From: Felis catus | Taxonomy: Eukaryota | NCBI RefSeq assembly: GCF_018350175.1 | Contig: NC_058368.1 | Span: forward strand, 185,754,001-185,818,000 | Reading direction: 5' to 3' | DNA: 64,000 nucleotides | Part shown: positions 13,345 to 26,559 of the stretch, one piece after another | Layout of the letters: each line of letters opens with the position of its first letter | Position numbering within the stretch: position 1 is the first letter of the stretch | The notes under the pieces: generated by a model | Told to the model about the DNA's origin: nothing | Seen by the model: the letters and a program-made list of their open reading frames with translations, nothing else | The model's database searches: none | Program-made: the position numbers and the translations under genes

Positions 13345-13610
13345 ACAGTTATTTAAGAGCATGGTTTTTGATGCACTAGACATGGGATACAGGGCTCGCC
13401 TACCACACATTGTGTGACCTTGCTCATGTGTTGGCCCCTTTAAGTCTTAGTTTTCTCATATTGAAATGGCTTACAAAATCCTGTGATTTGCATGTGGATC
13501 ATATAGTTCTTTTCTCCTAGACATAGTGTAAAGAGTTAAGTGACATAACCCATATGCCTCTCATGGTATTCGGCATATAGTGAATATACAATAATTGTTA
13601 GCATTTATTG
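13345..13610 (+). mobile_element. MIR
   Basis: tgtgtgaccttg...agtcttagttttctcatattgaaatgg core-like segment. Confidence 0.55.
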
Positions 13611-14198
13611 TTATCATTTTCATTTAATTCAACTAGCTAGTAAGATGTTATCTTATGTAAGCAAATGATATATTCTCTCTCTCTTTTTTTAACATCTAAT
13701 TCTTTTTTTGTTGTTGTTGTTATGGCAAAAGTAAATGTTTTAACACTAAAAAAGAATGTGTATATAGGCTTGTATCTCCACAGTCAAGTTAGTGTTCGTA
13801 GAAGCTTTTTCACTAAGGTCAAGCCTATAGGACACTATTTCTGACCCCTCAGAAGAATGAAGAGCTTTTCATGATCAAATCCATTTAGATGTTTGGTTTG
13901 GGGTATTATAATACAAACTTGGATTTCATCACATATAATAAACACACAATGTAGAGTTAATAGAAAAAAAAGTACAATAAACCTTACTTGTCATTTGACA
14001 TTTAAAAATTATTATTTTTTTTCTCTGTTGAGGTATGACAAATACCAAGATCAGAATATATCTGTGAAAGGCAAATTGTTTGAATATACATAATACAAAT
14101 TATAATAAATTGGCAATGATTGTCCATGGTAGAGGTACTCTTGCCTATGTGAGATTTTCAAAGGCTTTTCACAAATGGGCCTAATTCTTTCACACTCC

Positions 14199-14532
14199 TG
14201 TGTCTCAGTTGCTATAATACAATACCATAAGCTAGGTGGCTTATAACAACAGACATTTACTTCTCAATCCAAGATCAGGGCACTGGCATATTTCTGATGA
14301 AAGCCTACTTCCTGGTTTATAGAATGGTGTCTTTTCTCTGTGTCCTCACATTGTAGAAGGAACAAGGAAACTCTCTGGGGTCTCTTTTATAAGAACACTA
14401 ATTCCATCCATGAGGCCTCTACCCTCGTTGCCTAAGCACCTCCCAAAGGCCCCACCTCCATGTGTAATCACATTGGAAATTTGGATTTCAGCATAAGAAT
14501 TTTGAGGTGACACAAACATTCAGTCTGTAGCA
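14199..14532 (-). mobile_element. MaLR LTR (MLT1A-like)
   Basis: aataccataagctaggtggcttataacaacagacattta...cacctcccaaaggccccacctcc...gacacaaacattcagtctgtagca. Confidence 0.85.
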
Positions 14533-14699
14533 CTTTAGTATATCTTAATATGAGACTTAACAGACTAGAGTTATATGAGTCCAAAGTCCCAGAGGAAACC
14601 AAGATATGCCCTATGTTTTGAACCATGTATTTCACACAGAACTTAACTAACTTGAAACTGATTAAAGAAAACAAACCACCCTTTGGCAGAGCTTAATGA

Positions 14700-14880
14700 G
14701 AGGCATTATGATGAAGTGGAAAGAGTGATAGAGACAGTCTTATCTTTTCCACTTATGTGAAACCTTGGGCAAATTGTTTAATGTCCTTAAGCTGTCAGAA
14801 TCTTCCCCTGTAAATGAAAACCAAACAAAACCGGCCTACCAAATAGAACCACTGTGAAGATTAAAAGATATGACATGTTC
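14700..14880 (+). mobile_element. MIR
   Basis: aaccttgggcaaattgtttaat...ctgtaaatg...tgtgaagattaaaagata. Confidence 0.55.
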
Positions 14881-15516
14881 ACAGGGGCTCAATTAGTATA
14901 AATCCCTGCCCATTGCTCACTTAATCTTTACAAACTCTTCATCAGCCATGCATCATCTAGACAAGACCTATTAGGATGAACAAAAACAAAAATATATGTA
15001 TGTCTCTCTGTATCTCCTCCATAGAAATCCTGAATTTTTAAAAGCTGGCTTGGAGGGGGGGCGGTCTGTCTCCTATATGGGATCTGCCCATCAGTCCCTC
15101 CATCTGTCCATCCAGTCTTTATCTATAGATATCTATTTAGCATACCATTTTTATTACATCTATGGTAAGTTCTTTCATAGAAGATAAATCATAACATAAT
15201 TAGCTTATTTTTATTAAATTTTCTATTGTCAGAACTTGTGCAAAATATTTTATATAAATTTTTCATTTAATTTGTACTACTACCCTATGACTTATGTACT
15301 AATTTTCCTTATTTTCTACCTTCAAGGCTTAATCCTCCAATTGAGAAATGTTAAATATCCAACAACAGATTTTTATACTAATATGTACTATAAAGTGCAA
15401 TAATAAAACATAGACAAAGAAATAAGTTATTGGAATGTTATGGTAAGATGGAGTAGAGAGAGGTTAGATTAATATTTTCAAATATAATTACTGACTTTAA
15501 AGAATTAGAATATTTT

Positions 15517-15742
15517 TTTTTAATTTTTTTTTCAACGTTTATTTATTTTTTTTGGGGGGGACAGAGAGAGACAGAGCATGAACGGGGGAGGGGCAGAGAG
15601 AGAGGGAGACACAGAATCGGAAACAGGCTCCAGGCTCTGAGCCATCAGCCCAGAGCCCGACGCGGGGCTCGAACTCACGGACCGCGAGATCGTGACCTGG
15701 CTGAAGTCGGACGCTTAACCGACTGCACCACCCAGGCGCCCC
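15517..15742 (-). mobile_element. Young Can-SINE (SINEC_Fc)
   Basis: CpG-rich body (cccgacgcggggctcgaactcacggaccgcgagatcgtg); perfect 17-bp TSD aagaattagaatatttt at 15500-15516 and 15743-15759. Confidence 0.98.
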
Positions 15743-17010
15743 AAGAATTAGAATATTTTAAAAAGCAATAGCAGTATTATGCTGATTATAATCTTTCTGC
15801 AATGATTTAGAAGTTACTTCAAGTTTATAGAGATGCCTAGAACATCATTATAAATGTTCTAGACCTAAGAAAATCTTCCAGTTATTCAAATTCCAGTCTG
15901 TTTGAATTTTGTAGTTAATAAGACTGATCCAGGATCAGAATAACTGCATGTGACAGTTGATTATATTTACATGGAATATACTATGTTCACACACACACCA
16001 ACACAAAATTCATTGTGCCTAAAAAAGAATAAACCATGGAGGATAATATCTAAAGTAGTATTTTGGGAAACACTAGTTAAGACTGTAGATCTTTTGAATG
16101 TATGTGGAATGTAATCAGATTCAGTAAGCTCAAATTTTAGAAGCAAAGAAGAAACTGGAGGTGCAAAAAGAAAAAAGAAAAAAGAAAAAGAATGTACATG
16201 GCTTTAAAGATCTTAGACTTTGATTTTAGGGAAAATAATATTGTTTCATAATTGCCAAATACATTTGACATTCAAAGATCTTTCCCTAAGAGCTCATAGG
16301 AGGGAAAGTTCACCAGGCATAGTATTATTACTACAGTTTATACAGAAGACAAAGGAGTGGACAAAATTGGAAGAAAAGGTCAGGCTAAGACGGTCAATCT
16401 AAGCAAATGAATGGAAGGGGAAATCATTTGACATTTATTTATTATGTAACCATTCCACAAGATTACTTCAAGGCCAAACTATAGGCCCAGTATATTGCTT
16501 TATGCTATAGGTGGAAATAGAAAACTGAACAAGATACTGTGCTTGCTCTCAAAGGTCTTCACCTAAAGAGAAACTAAATATGCATCTACATAAATAACAA
16601 AATCTATATTGTATACTACAGTGCCATGCGTCACAAGAAAGATAAAAGAGGGTAAGCAACTGGAAAGTGATAAATGGTGGGAGGCAGAGTGGCACATAGT
16701 AGTTCAGATGGGTGGTTAATGAACTTTGTTCTAGGCAGCATTTTGAGTTGAAACCAGAAGGAATTGAAGATGCAAGTAAAGGCTAAAGTAGATATTTAAG
16801 AAAAGAGCAGTCCTAAGCAAAAACAAAACAAAACAAAAACAATAAATGCAAAGATCCTGAGGTAGAAGTATATTTGGTAATGGAGAAAAATAAAAGGCCA
16901 GTGTGGTTGGTGTAGAGTGTAGGAGGGTCTAAGTGAAGGCATGTAGAGAGAGGGTAGGGGATGGGGGCTGATCATAAAGGGCCACATGAGCTACGATAAA
17001 GATAATGATT

Positions 17011-17114
17011 GGGGCTCCTGGGTGGCTCATTCAGTTAAGCATCTGACTCTTTGCCCTCCTCTTCTCTCTGTCTCTATGTTTCAAAAAAAATAAATAAACT
17101 TTTATTTAAAAAAA
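17011..17114 (+). mobile_element. Internally deleted Can-SINE
   Basis: Head ggggctcctgggtggctc...gactct joined directly to the CT/A tail; TSD aaag(a/g)taatgat. Confidence 0.85.
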
Positions 17115-18639
17115 AAAGGTAATGATAAAGGTATTAGAGGACTCTGCACAGAGGAGTGGCATAATATGGCTTATAATTTGTGAAAAAACGCTTTGGCACC
17201 ATGTTGAAAATAGATAGTCAGGGAATAAGAATAAGATGTACAACATGAGGAATGAAGGGCCATGGTACCTTGAACTGAGAGGATTGGGACTTGGTGAAAC
17301 AATTTGAAGGGTTAGTTGAAGTCGAACTTTAAAGGCTTTGAATTGTCTGTCTAAAGATTTTTGTATTAAATTCTATAGTCAACTTATTAAAAGTTATCAC
17401 CAAAAAAAAATCATATACAAAGGAAGCTTAACAGACAACATTGGTAAGTTTGTAGTAAGGGAGATCGTCAGGGAGTGGGGGTGTCAGGGCAAGATTCATG
17501 GATAGCTTATCACACAGGGACCCTCCAGACCTCAAATTGCTTCTGGCTCCTTGAGCAGCCTCATTACCATCACCCACAACAACCCTTGATCCTTGAAGAG
17601 AAAGAAAAATGAGTCATGTGAAAAGTCCAGAATGCAGCCAACCTCACTGGTTGGAGAACGGCTCCACCATTAATCTTTTGGACTGGGCATGTGCACAGGA
17701 TGGATGATCTCAGAGCCTGAGGAAAGCTGTTCTGAAGAGAGCTGAAGCACAACAACTGGAAGCAAGAAAAGTAAGAGACTTATTTTTGTCATTTACTGCC
17801 ATTCAGTGAAACTGGCTGAGATCCAGCTGTGAAATTGTGGGAAGTGGTGGCAGCCCCAGGGCAAGTTGTAAGTACAGGCTAGAGAAGAGGCTGTTCCTAG
17901 CCTAAGGCACAGAAGAGGCAGAATAGTGACTGAGACTACCAGTTAAATTTTTCCAGAGACCAGAACCCACCTGCCTCGAGTAGCCATGTTCTTTTAGCTC
18001 CTCTGCATAGTAACATACAAGATGAGGAAAGCAAGAAAAAAAAAGTTCTTAAAATATTTCTTGAAATATTAAAATATTTTATGATCTACATGGTGTTCCT
18101 CATGTCATAAATGGCAAATAATGTCCCATTGTTCCCTGGACCCAGGAGAGGACACTTTACAGATTATGTAAAACATGATATTATAATATTTTCCCTACTT
18201 TCCTTCTAATTTTGTCACTTGAACCCATTCAGGTTGTTGATTATTTATAAATAATAGCAGACCTCTCGTGTATCAGGCCTCTGCTACATTAACTTCTTAA
18301 TATTTCTAACTTGACAATATCTCATTTTTCTGTGTTATGAACAAAGTACATTATTCTTCAAATAGACTCACGGAACATTAGAAAATGTTCTTTGGATATT
18401 ATCCTACTTACACTCACAGGGAAGAGAAAAAGGAACCAAAATCTATTTGGCATCTGTTCTGTAATAGTTACATTACCACCCTAGGTGGTAGGTGTTATTA
18501 TTCGCATTTTACACAGGAAGGAGAGTGCAATTTAGTGAGATTAAAAATTAGTGAGTAAAAAAATTGAAGTTTAAAGAGTGTCTTGATTGTCTTAAAATCC
18601 CATACTCAGTTTTTCTCTCCTTCCCTGTCTTCTTTCTTT

Positions 18640-19130
18640 CCAATTAACCATTTATTCAACTCCTATTTATTGATGCTCTCCTTTGACACAGGCACAATTT
18701 TAAACATTGGTGATACAATGGTGAATAATTTATATCCTCAGGTAGCACAAAATGTTTAGGAGGATACAGAAAGTAAACAGACATCTAGAATATACAATGG
18801 TAAGAGCTACAATAAGAATAAAGCAAACTTCTATTGGGCTTGGGGAGTCCATCAAGAGAAACTTCTAAGAGGAAGGTATTGCAGCTAAGACTTAAATGAG
18901 GAGTAAAATACAGTAAGAAAAATAGAGTGTAAAGCTCTTTTTGGCAGGGGAAACTGTGTGTATGAACCTCTGTATACAAGAGAAATAACAGATAAAATAG
19001 ATGCTGGGATGTACCATATCTACATCCTGTGATTTTGTATAAGAAAGTTTAGAAATGCACAGTGTGAGAATTGAGACTGGATAGAGACCAAAAGTGGTAT
19101 TAAGAAGTGTCAATAGCTACAGAGAATGTC
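18640..19130 (-). mobile_element. L2 fragment
   Basis: tttattcaac...tatttattgatgctc...caggcacaatttt reverse L2 3' end plus purine-rich body. Confidence 0.55.
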
Positions 19131-19327
19131 AGATTTTACCCTACCTGAAATTTAACAAGTAAGCATATCACATTTTTTAGATGATGATAGAGGGCCGAAG
19201 ATTCCAGAGGCACAGCGGAAGTATGAACTTCAGTATAGGCACCAGTTCCTTTTACCCCTATTTCCCTAGTTCCGTGAATGTGATGCAGTGATGTCATGAG
19301 CTCATTTATTATATGGTTACATAAGCT

Positions 19328-19371
19328 CATTTATTATATGGTTACATATATATGTAACCATATAATAAATG
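19328..19371. repeat. Perfect 44-bp palindrome overlapping a 25-bp tandem duplication
   Basis: catttattatatggttacatat|atatgtaaccatataataaatg is its own reverse complement; agctcatttattatatggttacata at 19299-19323 and 19324-19348. Confidence 0.95.
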
Positions 19372-19814
19372 TATGTATGTATCAATAGCTCATTTATTAT
19401 GTTTAAGAGTTTCTACTTTAGTATGTTACTGCTGTATTGTAAGAAAGACAAGGGCATTGTAAAACTGAGGGTAACAATGAGCTAAAGAGAAAAATACAAC
19501 TAGAATTCAATAAATCTAAGTTCTGTCATCCTCACTTCTACCTTCAGTAGTGAAATGATAATGCTAGTAATGAAAATACTCCAATTCAGTGAGTAATTAC
19601 TATATACTATGTAAGCATGTATAGGCACTATGTAATTAAATACAATAATTGTAAGAAATGCAATACAATACTTCATCTATACTTAACATTAACAGTCAGT
19701 TAGTTGAGTTCAAAGATTAAATACACTACTGATTTTTTATTAATATTTGTTAAGATCTCAATTTTTTTAATTCTAATACCACATATAATTTTATTTTCCC
19801 TTCCTTTCCACCTA

Positions 19815-20945
19815 TTTTTTTTAAATATTGAAATAATTAGCATATAATGTTATATTAGTTTCAGGTATACAACACACTGATTCAGTAATTCTATACTCAG
19901 TTCTCACCAAAATGAGTGTAGTTACTATCTGTTACCATACAACATTATTATTATATTATTGACTATATTCTCTGTTCTGTACTTTTCATCTCTGTGACTT
20001 ATTTTATAACTATAAATTCATACCTTTTAATCCCTACCCCCATCCACCTCCTTTTTGGCAACCACCAATTTGTTCTATGTATTTAAGAACTTGGGTTTTT
20101 TTTGTTAGTTTGTTCGTTTGTTTTGTAGATTCCACACATAAGTGAAATCAGGTATTATTTGTCCTTCTCTGACTTATTTCACCTAGCATAATACCGTCTA
20201 GGTCCATCCATGCTGTAACAAAAGAAAACACATCATTCTCTCTTTATGGCTGAGCAGTATTCCATTGTATGTGTATACCACATCATCTTTACCCATTTTA
20301 TCAATGTCCATTTTATCAACTGTCCTTTATCAATGGACAGTTAGTTGCTTCCATATCTTGGCTCTTGCAAATAATGTTACCATAAATAGAGAGGTTCATA
20401 TGTCTGTCTGGATTAGTGTTTTTGTTTTCTTTGGGTAAATGCCCAGTAGTGAAATTCTAGGATCATATTGTAATTCTATTTTTAAACTTTCAGGAATCTG
20501 CATACCATTTTCTGCAGTGGCTGCACCAATTTACATTCCCATCCAACAGTGTATGATGATTCTCTTTTTTCCACATCCTCACCAACACTTGTTATTTCTT
20601 GTCTTTTTGGTACTAGCTATTCTGACTGATGTGAGGTGATATCTCACTGTGGTTTTGATTTCATTTTCCTGACGGATAGTGATATTGAGCGTCTTTTCAT
20701 GTATCTGTTGGCCATCTGTATATCTTCTTGGAAAAAAAAGTCTCTTCAGTTCCTCTGCCCATTTTTAATAAGATTGTTTTTATGTTTTTATGGGGTTTTG
20801 GGGGGTTTTGTTTTGTTTTTGGTGTTGAGTTGCAGAAGTTCTTTATTTATTTTGGGTATTAACCCCTTACCAGATATATTATTTGCAAGTATCTTCTTTC
20901 ATTCTCTGGGTTGCCTTTTTATTTTGTTGATGGATTCTTTGTGCA
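19815..20945 (-). mobile_element. Carnivore L1 3' fragment (3' UTR plus ORF2 C-terminus)
   Basis: tatattagtttcaggtatacaaca...; reverse ORF2-end motifs (ccacatcctcaccaacact, tgtatctgttggccatctgtat). Confidence 0.9.
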
Positions 20946-21599
20946 AAAGAATGTCTCAGTCTTTTTAACTCATCACAACAGACAAGATAGATGACATAGT
21001 CCTATGAGAATATAGGGATAACAAGTTGCTGTGAAGAAAATAAAAGCTTAGTGACAGTTTGCATTGCTCAACCTGTAAAGCTTCCCATCTTCTCCTACTC
21101 AAGAAGGGATATCATAATACAAGTAATTGAAAGTGACTTTCTTATAAAGATAATTTTAAATCCACCCTAATTAAATCATTCACAAAATGTGTTACATTAT
21201 AAGAAGTAGCAAATTATCTCTGGAATACATTAAAACTGAATATGATATGTCAGTGAGTTGTAACTCTATAATTAAGGCCCTCCCCCAGTGAATAAAGAGA
21301 TATGAACTATAATAACATAGAACCATTATTAGGTAGGTACATATGTGGTTGTAATTATTTGATATACATGTTAAGTATCATAAGCCTCTAATGAGGTAAG
21401 GACCCTCTGATTAACTAGTATGTGTGACTCACCATTAATTTAATTGTGGGGGAGGGAAGCAAGAAGAGAATAACAAAATTCTAGAAATCTTCCTATTGAT
21501 GTAAATGCAAAAATGTCAGCTATCCCTTCTTCATAACTTTCCTCTTCCTTTTTCTTCCTCTCTTCAATCCAGTTTCTTCCTTTTCATTCCTGGAACTAT

Positions 21600-22690
21600 A
21601 ATTGTAAGGCATAAATAGTTTTAAGGCCATTTGTTGAGGCAGAGTGGGGTATTGGAGACTGAATAGGGGAATGAACCTGTTCATACAGGAGTTCTACACA
21701 GCATGAAGTTTTAGAGCCCAAGTAGTATCAGAAGTCCATCTAAGCCAGTCAGAGACAGTGAAAATGATTGGGGAAGGTGAGATACAGTGTGATTGACTAA
21801 ATAAATACACATATTAAGGATGATGACAGCCAGGCTTCTCACTGTTAGAGAATAGAATTACAAATGTGGAAAGGGTAAATGTGGAACAAACTCTATGGTG
21901 TTGAATTGGAATTGGAATCATCAGTGTGAAATCATTGTTTTAATAGACAAACTGATAGAAAGTATAATAAGGAGTGGAATATTTATAGATATTTATAGAA
22001 TTTTAAAGTACCTTCCTAGAAAAACATAAAAATAACAAACATAAAGTTAAGTGTTTTACAGTGGAAAAATTACAGCTTTTATAGTGAAAAAGCATGGCAC
22101 ATAGCACCATAGTCACATAATCGAAATATATTCATCAGTTAAGGGGCAAATTGAGTCTGTGTGTTACCTGATACATTACAATGAGAAAACCACGGTGTCA
22201 TTTCTGTGCTACTCTTCACAAAGAGGCAGACTTAATACTGATAAATAAGAAATATCACATAGCCACAAATCAAGAGAAGCACTGCAGAACAGCTGGTCTA
22301 TAATCTCTAAAAATGAATATGCATGAAAGTTAATGAAAGACCTGGAAACTAGTCCAAATTAAAGGAGACAAAAGCAACCTAATAAAGGGCAATGCATGAT
22401 TCTGAACTGACTTCTCATGCCACTAAAGATTTTTTGGGACACTAGCAAAACTGAAATGGTATCTAAGGAATAGATGGTAGTAATTTCTCAGTGTTAATTT
22501 TCTGAGGCTCATGGGTATGTTGGGGCTACATAGATAATGTATGGTTTGTAGTTAATATATATTAAAAGAATGATGGAGTGGTAAGGCATCAGATTGAGCA
22601 CTTGACCTTAAATTATTCAGGTACAAAAATGTATCTTATATTCTACTTGTGACTTTTCTAACATTTGAGGTTTTAAATATAAATTAATGG
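21600..22690 (+). mobile_element. L1MC3/L1MC4-like 3' UTR
   Basis: agccaggcttctcactgttagagaa...tacaaatgtggaaaggg...tggtgttgaattggattggaat; aatgcatgattctgaactg. Confidence 0.7.
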
Positions 22691-22876
22691 ATGAATGAAG
22701 GAATAAAGTAAATAAATGTCAGAAATACTGCTTCTATAATTAAGGACTAACAGCAAGAAGTATCTAAAGTGTACCCAGACAAGGGTCACTTTATTACATA
22801 CAAAAGAGGATGTTTAAGGCAAAGGAAAATATCTCAGACCTAAAAAACAGACAAAATTATTGAATTGAAAGTTAAA

Positions 22877-22877
<1 letters not shown>

Positions 22878-22913
<36 letters not shown>
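22878..22913. repeat. (CA)18 microsatellite
   Basis: Direct read. Confidence 0.95.
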
Positions 22914-22917
<4 letters not shown>

Positions 22918-23371
22918 ATAAATGTATAGGTAAACATATTATTGTGTCAATTTCATCCACTGCTGGATTTAGTATTTATAAGACAGTCACTACATTTAAA
23001 GCAACTTGCAGGTTCAGTTTCTCACAGTGAATGATCTCCCAGGCTTGCAGAATAGTTGCTAAAAAAGAAATCAGTCAACCATAAATGAAATGAGTTTCTC
23101 AGTGCTAAATAATTTTAACAGTAAAAAACCCCAAAAATTATTTCAAATGTTCACAGAAAAAAATGTACTTAATGTGAAATGAAGGTGTATTTTTATAGCT
23201 GTCACTTGGTTTTCAGAAGCATCTTTAAAGAGTCTAAAAATGACCTTCCCAAACCCACCTGTAAAATAGTATGATATTTATTAATCAGACAATGTGACCC
23301 TAGATCAAGAGGAAAAACTCCAACATGTCTCTTTGAAGAGTCTGACAAAAACATAAAAGATGTGGGATTTT

Positions 23372-24840
23372 GTTTTATTTTTTTTCTTTTTCAAATTTTT
23401 ATTTAAATTCCAGTTAACATACAGCACAATATTGGTTTCAGGAGTAGAACTCAATGATTTGTCACTTACATGTAGTACCCAGTGCTCATCACAAGTATCC
23501 TCCTTAATACCCATCTAGCCCAACCCTGCCTACCTCCCTCTGTCCACCCTCACTTTGTTCTCTGTCTTTAAAAGTCTCTTATGCTGTATTCTTCTTTTAT
23601 CCCCCTGCCCTTTGTTCATCTGTTTTGTTTTTTAAGTTCCACATATGAGTGATATCATATGGTGTTTGTCTTTCTCTGACTGACTTATTTCGTTTAGCAT
23701 AATATACTCTAGCTCCATTCATGTCATTGCAAATGGCAAGATTTCATTCTTTTTGATGACTGCATATTATTCCATTGTATATGTATATATCACATCTTCA
23801 TATCCACTCATCACTCAATGGACATTTAGGCTCTTTCCATAATTTGACTATTGTTAATAATACTGCAATAAACATCGGGCTGCATGTATCCCTCTTAATC
23901 TGTATTTTTGTATCCTTTGAGTAAATACATAGTAGTGCAATTGCTAGGTCATAGAGTAATTCAGTTTTTCATTTTTTAAGGAACCTCCACACTGTTTTCC
24001 AGAGTGGCTGCACCAGTTTGCATTCCTACCAGTTGTGTAGGTATACAGCCTCTACACAGCCTGTATAGCCTCGCCACAGCCTCGCCAACACCTATTGTTT
24101 TTTGTGTTGTTAATGTTAGCCATTCTGACAGGTGTGAGGTGGTATCTCCTTATGGTTTTGATTTGTATTTCCCTGGTGATGAATGATGTTGAGCCTCTTT
24201 TCATGTGTCTGTTAGCCATCTGGATATTTTCATTGGAAAATGTCTATTCATGTCCTCTGACCATTTCTTAACTGGATTATTTGTTTTATGGGTGGAATTT
24301 ACAGATTTTGAACACTAGCCCTTTATTCGATATGTCATTTGCAAATATCTTCTCCCATTCTGTAGGCTGCCTTTTCCTTTTGTTGATTGTTTCCTTGGCT
24401 GTGCATAAACTTTTTGTCTTAATAGTTTATTTTTGTTTTTACTTCCCTTGCCTCCAGTGACGTGTCTAGAAACAAGTTGCTGTGGCTGAGGTCAAAGAGG
24501 GTGCTGCCTGCATTCTTCTTTAGGACTTTGATGGTTTTCTGTCTCACATTTATGTCTTCCATCCATTTTGAATTTATTTTGTGTATGGTGTAACAAAATG
24601 GTCCAGTTTCATTCTTCTGCATGTTGTTGTCTGGTCTTCCCACCACCATTTGTTGAAGAGACTGTCTTTTTTCCACTGGATATTCTTTCCTGCTTTGTCG
24701 AAGATTAGTCATCCATATAGTTGTGGGTTCATTTCTGAGTTTTTTATTCTGTTCTGTTAATCTATGTGACTTTTCTTATGCCAGTACCATACTATCTTGT
24801 TGACTACAGCTTTGTAATATATCTTGAAATCCAGAATTGT
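23372..24840 (-). mobile_element. Carnivore/feliform L1, 5'-truncated (3' UTR plus disrupted ORF2 C-terminal part)
   Basis: Poly-T end; minus-strand ORF 24419-24712 contains ORF2-like [13 protein letters not shown]; multiple frameshifts. Confidence 0.92.
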
Positions 24841-24959
24841 GATTTTGGAATAACCAGTCTCTTTAAAAAGGCAGATATTCCAAAAGTATCCAAGTGATTA
24901 CCACATAAAAAAAATAATTCACTTTCCTGAGCCTCCTGTTTCCTTATTAACTATTACAA

Positions 24960-25523
24960 TTATCACTGCCTTCTGGCCAAAAATCACCAAAAACATGCCT
25001 GTAGTTGAACAAGTAGGCTTATTACTCATTGTAACCAGGGGAATGTACTCTTGGGGAATCATAAGGTATTTAAGTAAGATGATACTATGAATAACCTGTT
25101 AAAGAATTTGGGCTTTGAATCAGTAATATTGGACATGTTCTAAGGAAACAGGGGTTTGCTCTAGATATGGTCTGTCAAAAAGTTGGAGAAATTCTATGAT
25201 GAAATATTTTAATAAGTTATATTTACTCATAAGGGGGACTAGCATGAGGATAAAGTTTTAATTGTAAAGAGGTAGCCATTCCTCATTTTGACCAAGAGTG
25301 AGGGATGTTTGATATCATGTGAATTGTACAATGACTTTATTTTTGCCCCACTTTATAATGGCCTCAGAATTACCTTGTCTAATGCTAATGTTCTATGAGA
25401 TTTCGTAATGTTCCACAGGAGAGAAACATGGTCTAGTTGTGAACATCACGTCCACTTGTAAAGCTTCTGGGGCCTCCTTCTGAGCATCAGACAATCTTCC
25501 AGATGCCAGTTTTCTGTCTCACA
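24960..25523 (-). mobile_element. ERV1-class solo LTR (MER89/MER110-like)
   Basis: Shares blocks with 9342-9874 (cctgtagttgaaca, atttgggcttt, attgtaaagaggtagc); ends ...tctcaca. Confidence 0.6.
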
Positions 25524-25609
25524 ATTCTGGGCAGGACCAATTCATTTGCAGCACAAACTATCAATCTCTTCCCTTTTCACTGGTCATCTTAAACATTAAT
25601 TCTGTTCTT

Positions 25610-25860
25610 AGTGGTGTTTTGGAAGAATTAGAATGCAGTGAACAAAAGCATAGGCTCTTGTATGATTGTCTTGGTTGAAGATGAGGATCTTCCTCCTCTT
25701 GGTTCTGTAAATTTGGGCAATTTCTCATTGCTAAACCTCAAGTTCCTTACCTATAAAATGGGATTAATAACGTTGTAAGACTACTTCAATGGTATTTGGA
25801 ATATAAAATGTTTACTATAGTATGTGACAAAGTTAACATTCAATAAAACTCTTATCACTT
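25610..25860 (+). mobile_element. MIR
   Basis: ttgggcaa...cctcaagttccttacctataaaatgggattaataa. Confidence 0.55.
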
Positions 25861-26559
25861 TTGCTGGAGACTCACCAGTAAAATTAACCCAGACCAACTT
25901 CTTCTCTATGTGAGGAATTTATCCATGACTTGCTAGGCCCTCAATCCAACTTCAGCTTGGTTATGCAACAAATATTTATTAATCCTCTATTATTATAGGC
26001 ACTGAGATTGTAGCTTTGAATTCTCAGGGTCCTTACTTTTTGATAGGAGAGACAAAGCCAAACAAACATGAAAAAAATGAAAAAAAAAAGTCTATAATGT
26101 CTATTTAAAAATGGTTGGTCAGAAAAAATCCTTTACAGGAGATGAATATTTAAGCAGAAATAAAGAGAACTGGAAGAAACCAGTTGTACAAGTATCGAGG
26201 GAAATAGCTTACCGGAGAGGGGGAATCAATGGTATAAAGGACTTAAGGTAACAAAGAGAGAAACCTGGTCAAAATTCTCCCCAATTGTTGTCATTTGGTC
26301 TCTTGTATAAAAATGAGATTTTAACTAGTCATCAAGAGTTTTGAACATTGGAATTGATATCATAACAAGAGCAATAATGATAATGATATATTTACTCAAT
26401 CCAGGCTTTCATCAGTTGTGCAAGACACCATTGATCTAATAACAGCTTTTCTGAAAAAGAGTAAAATAATGTCTTCAATCAATGTACATATTCTTTTTTA
26501 AGACATGCCACTCAGAGAAACAGGAAAATGTGCAAGAAAAAATTCCCTTGAATTACTAT

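Noticed and set aside
19299..19400. CRISPR-like repeat array
   Set aside because: Repeats are adjacent with no unique spacers, there are no cas genes, and the DNA is mammalian
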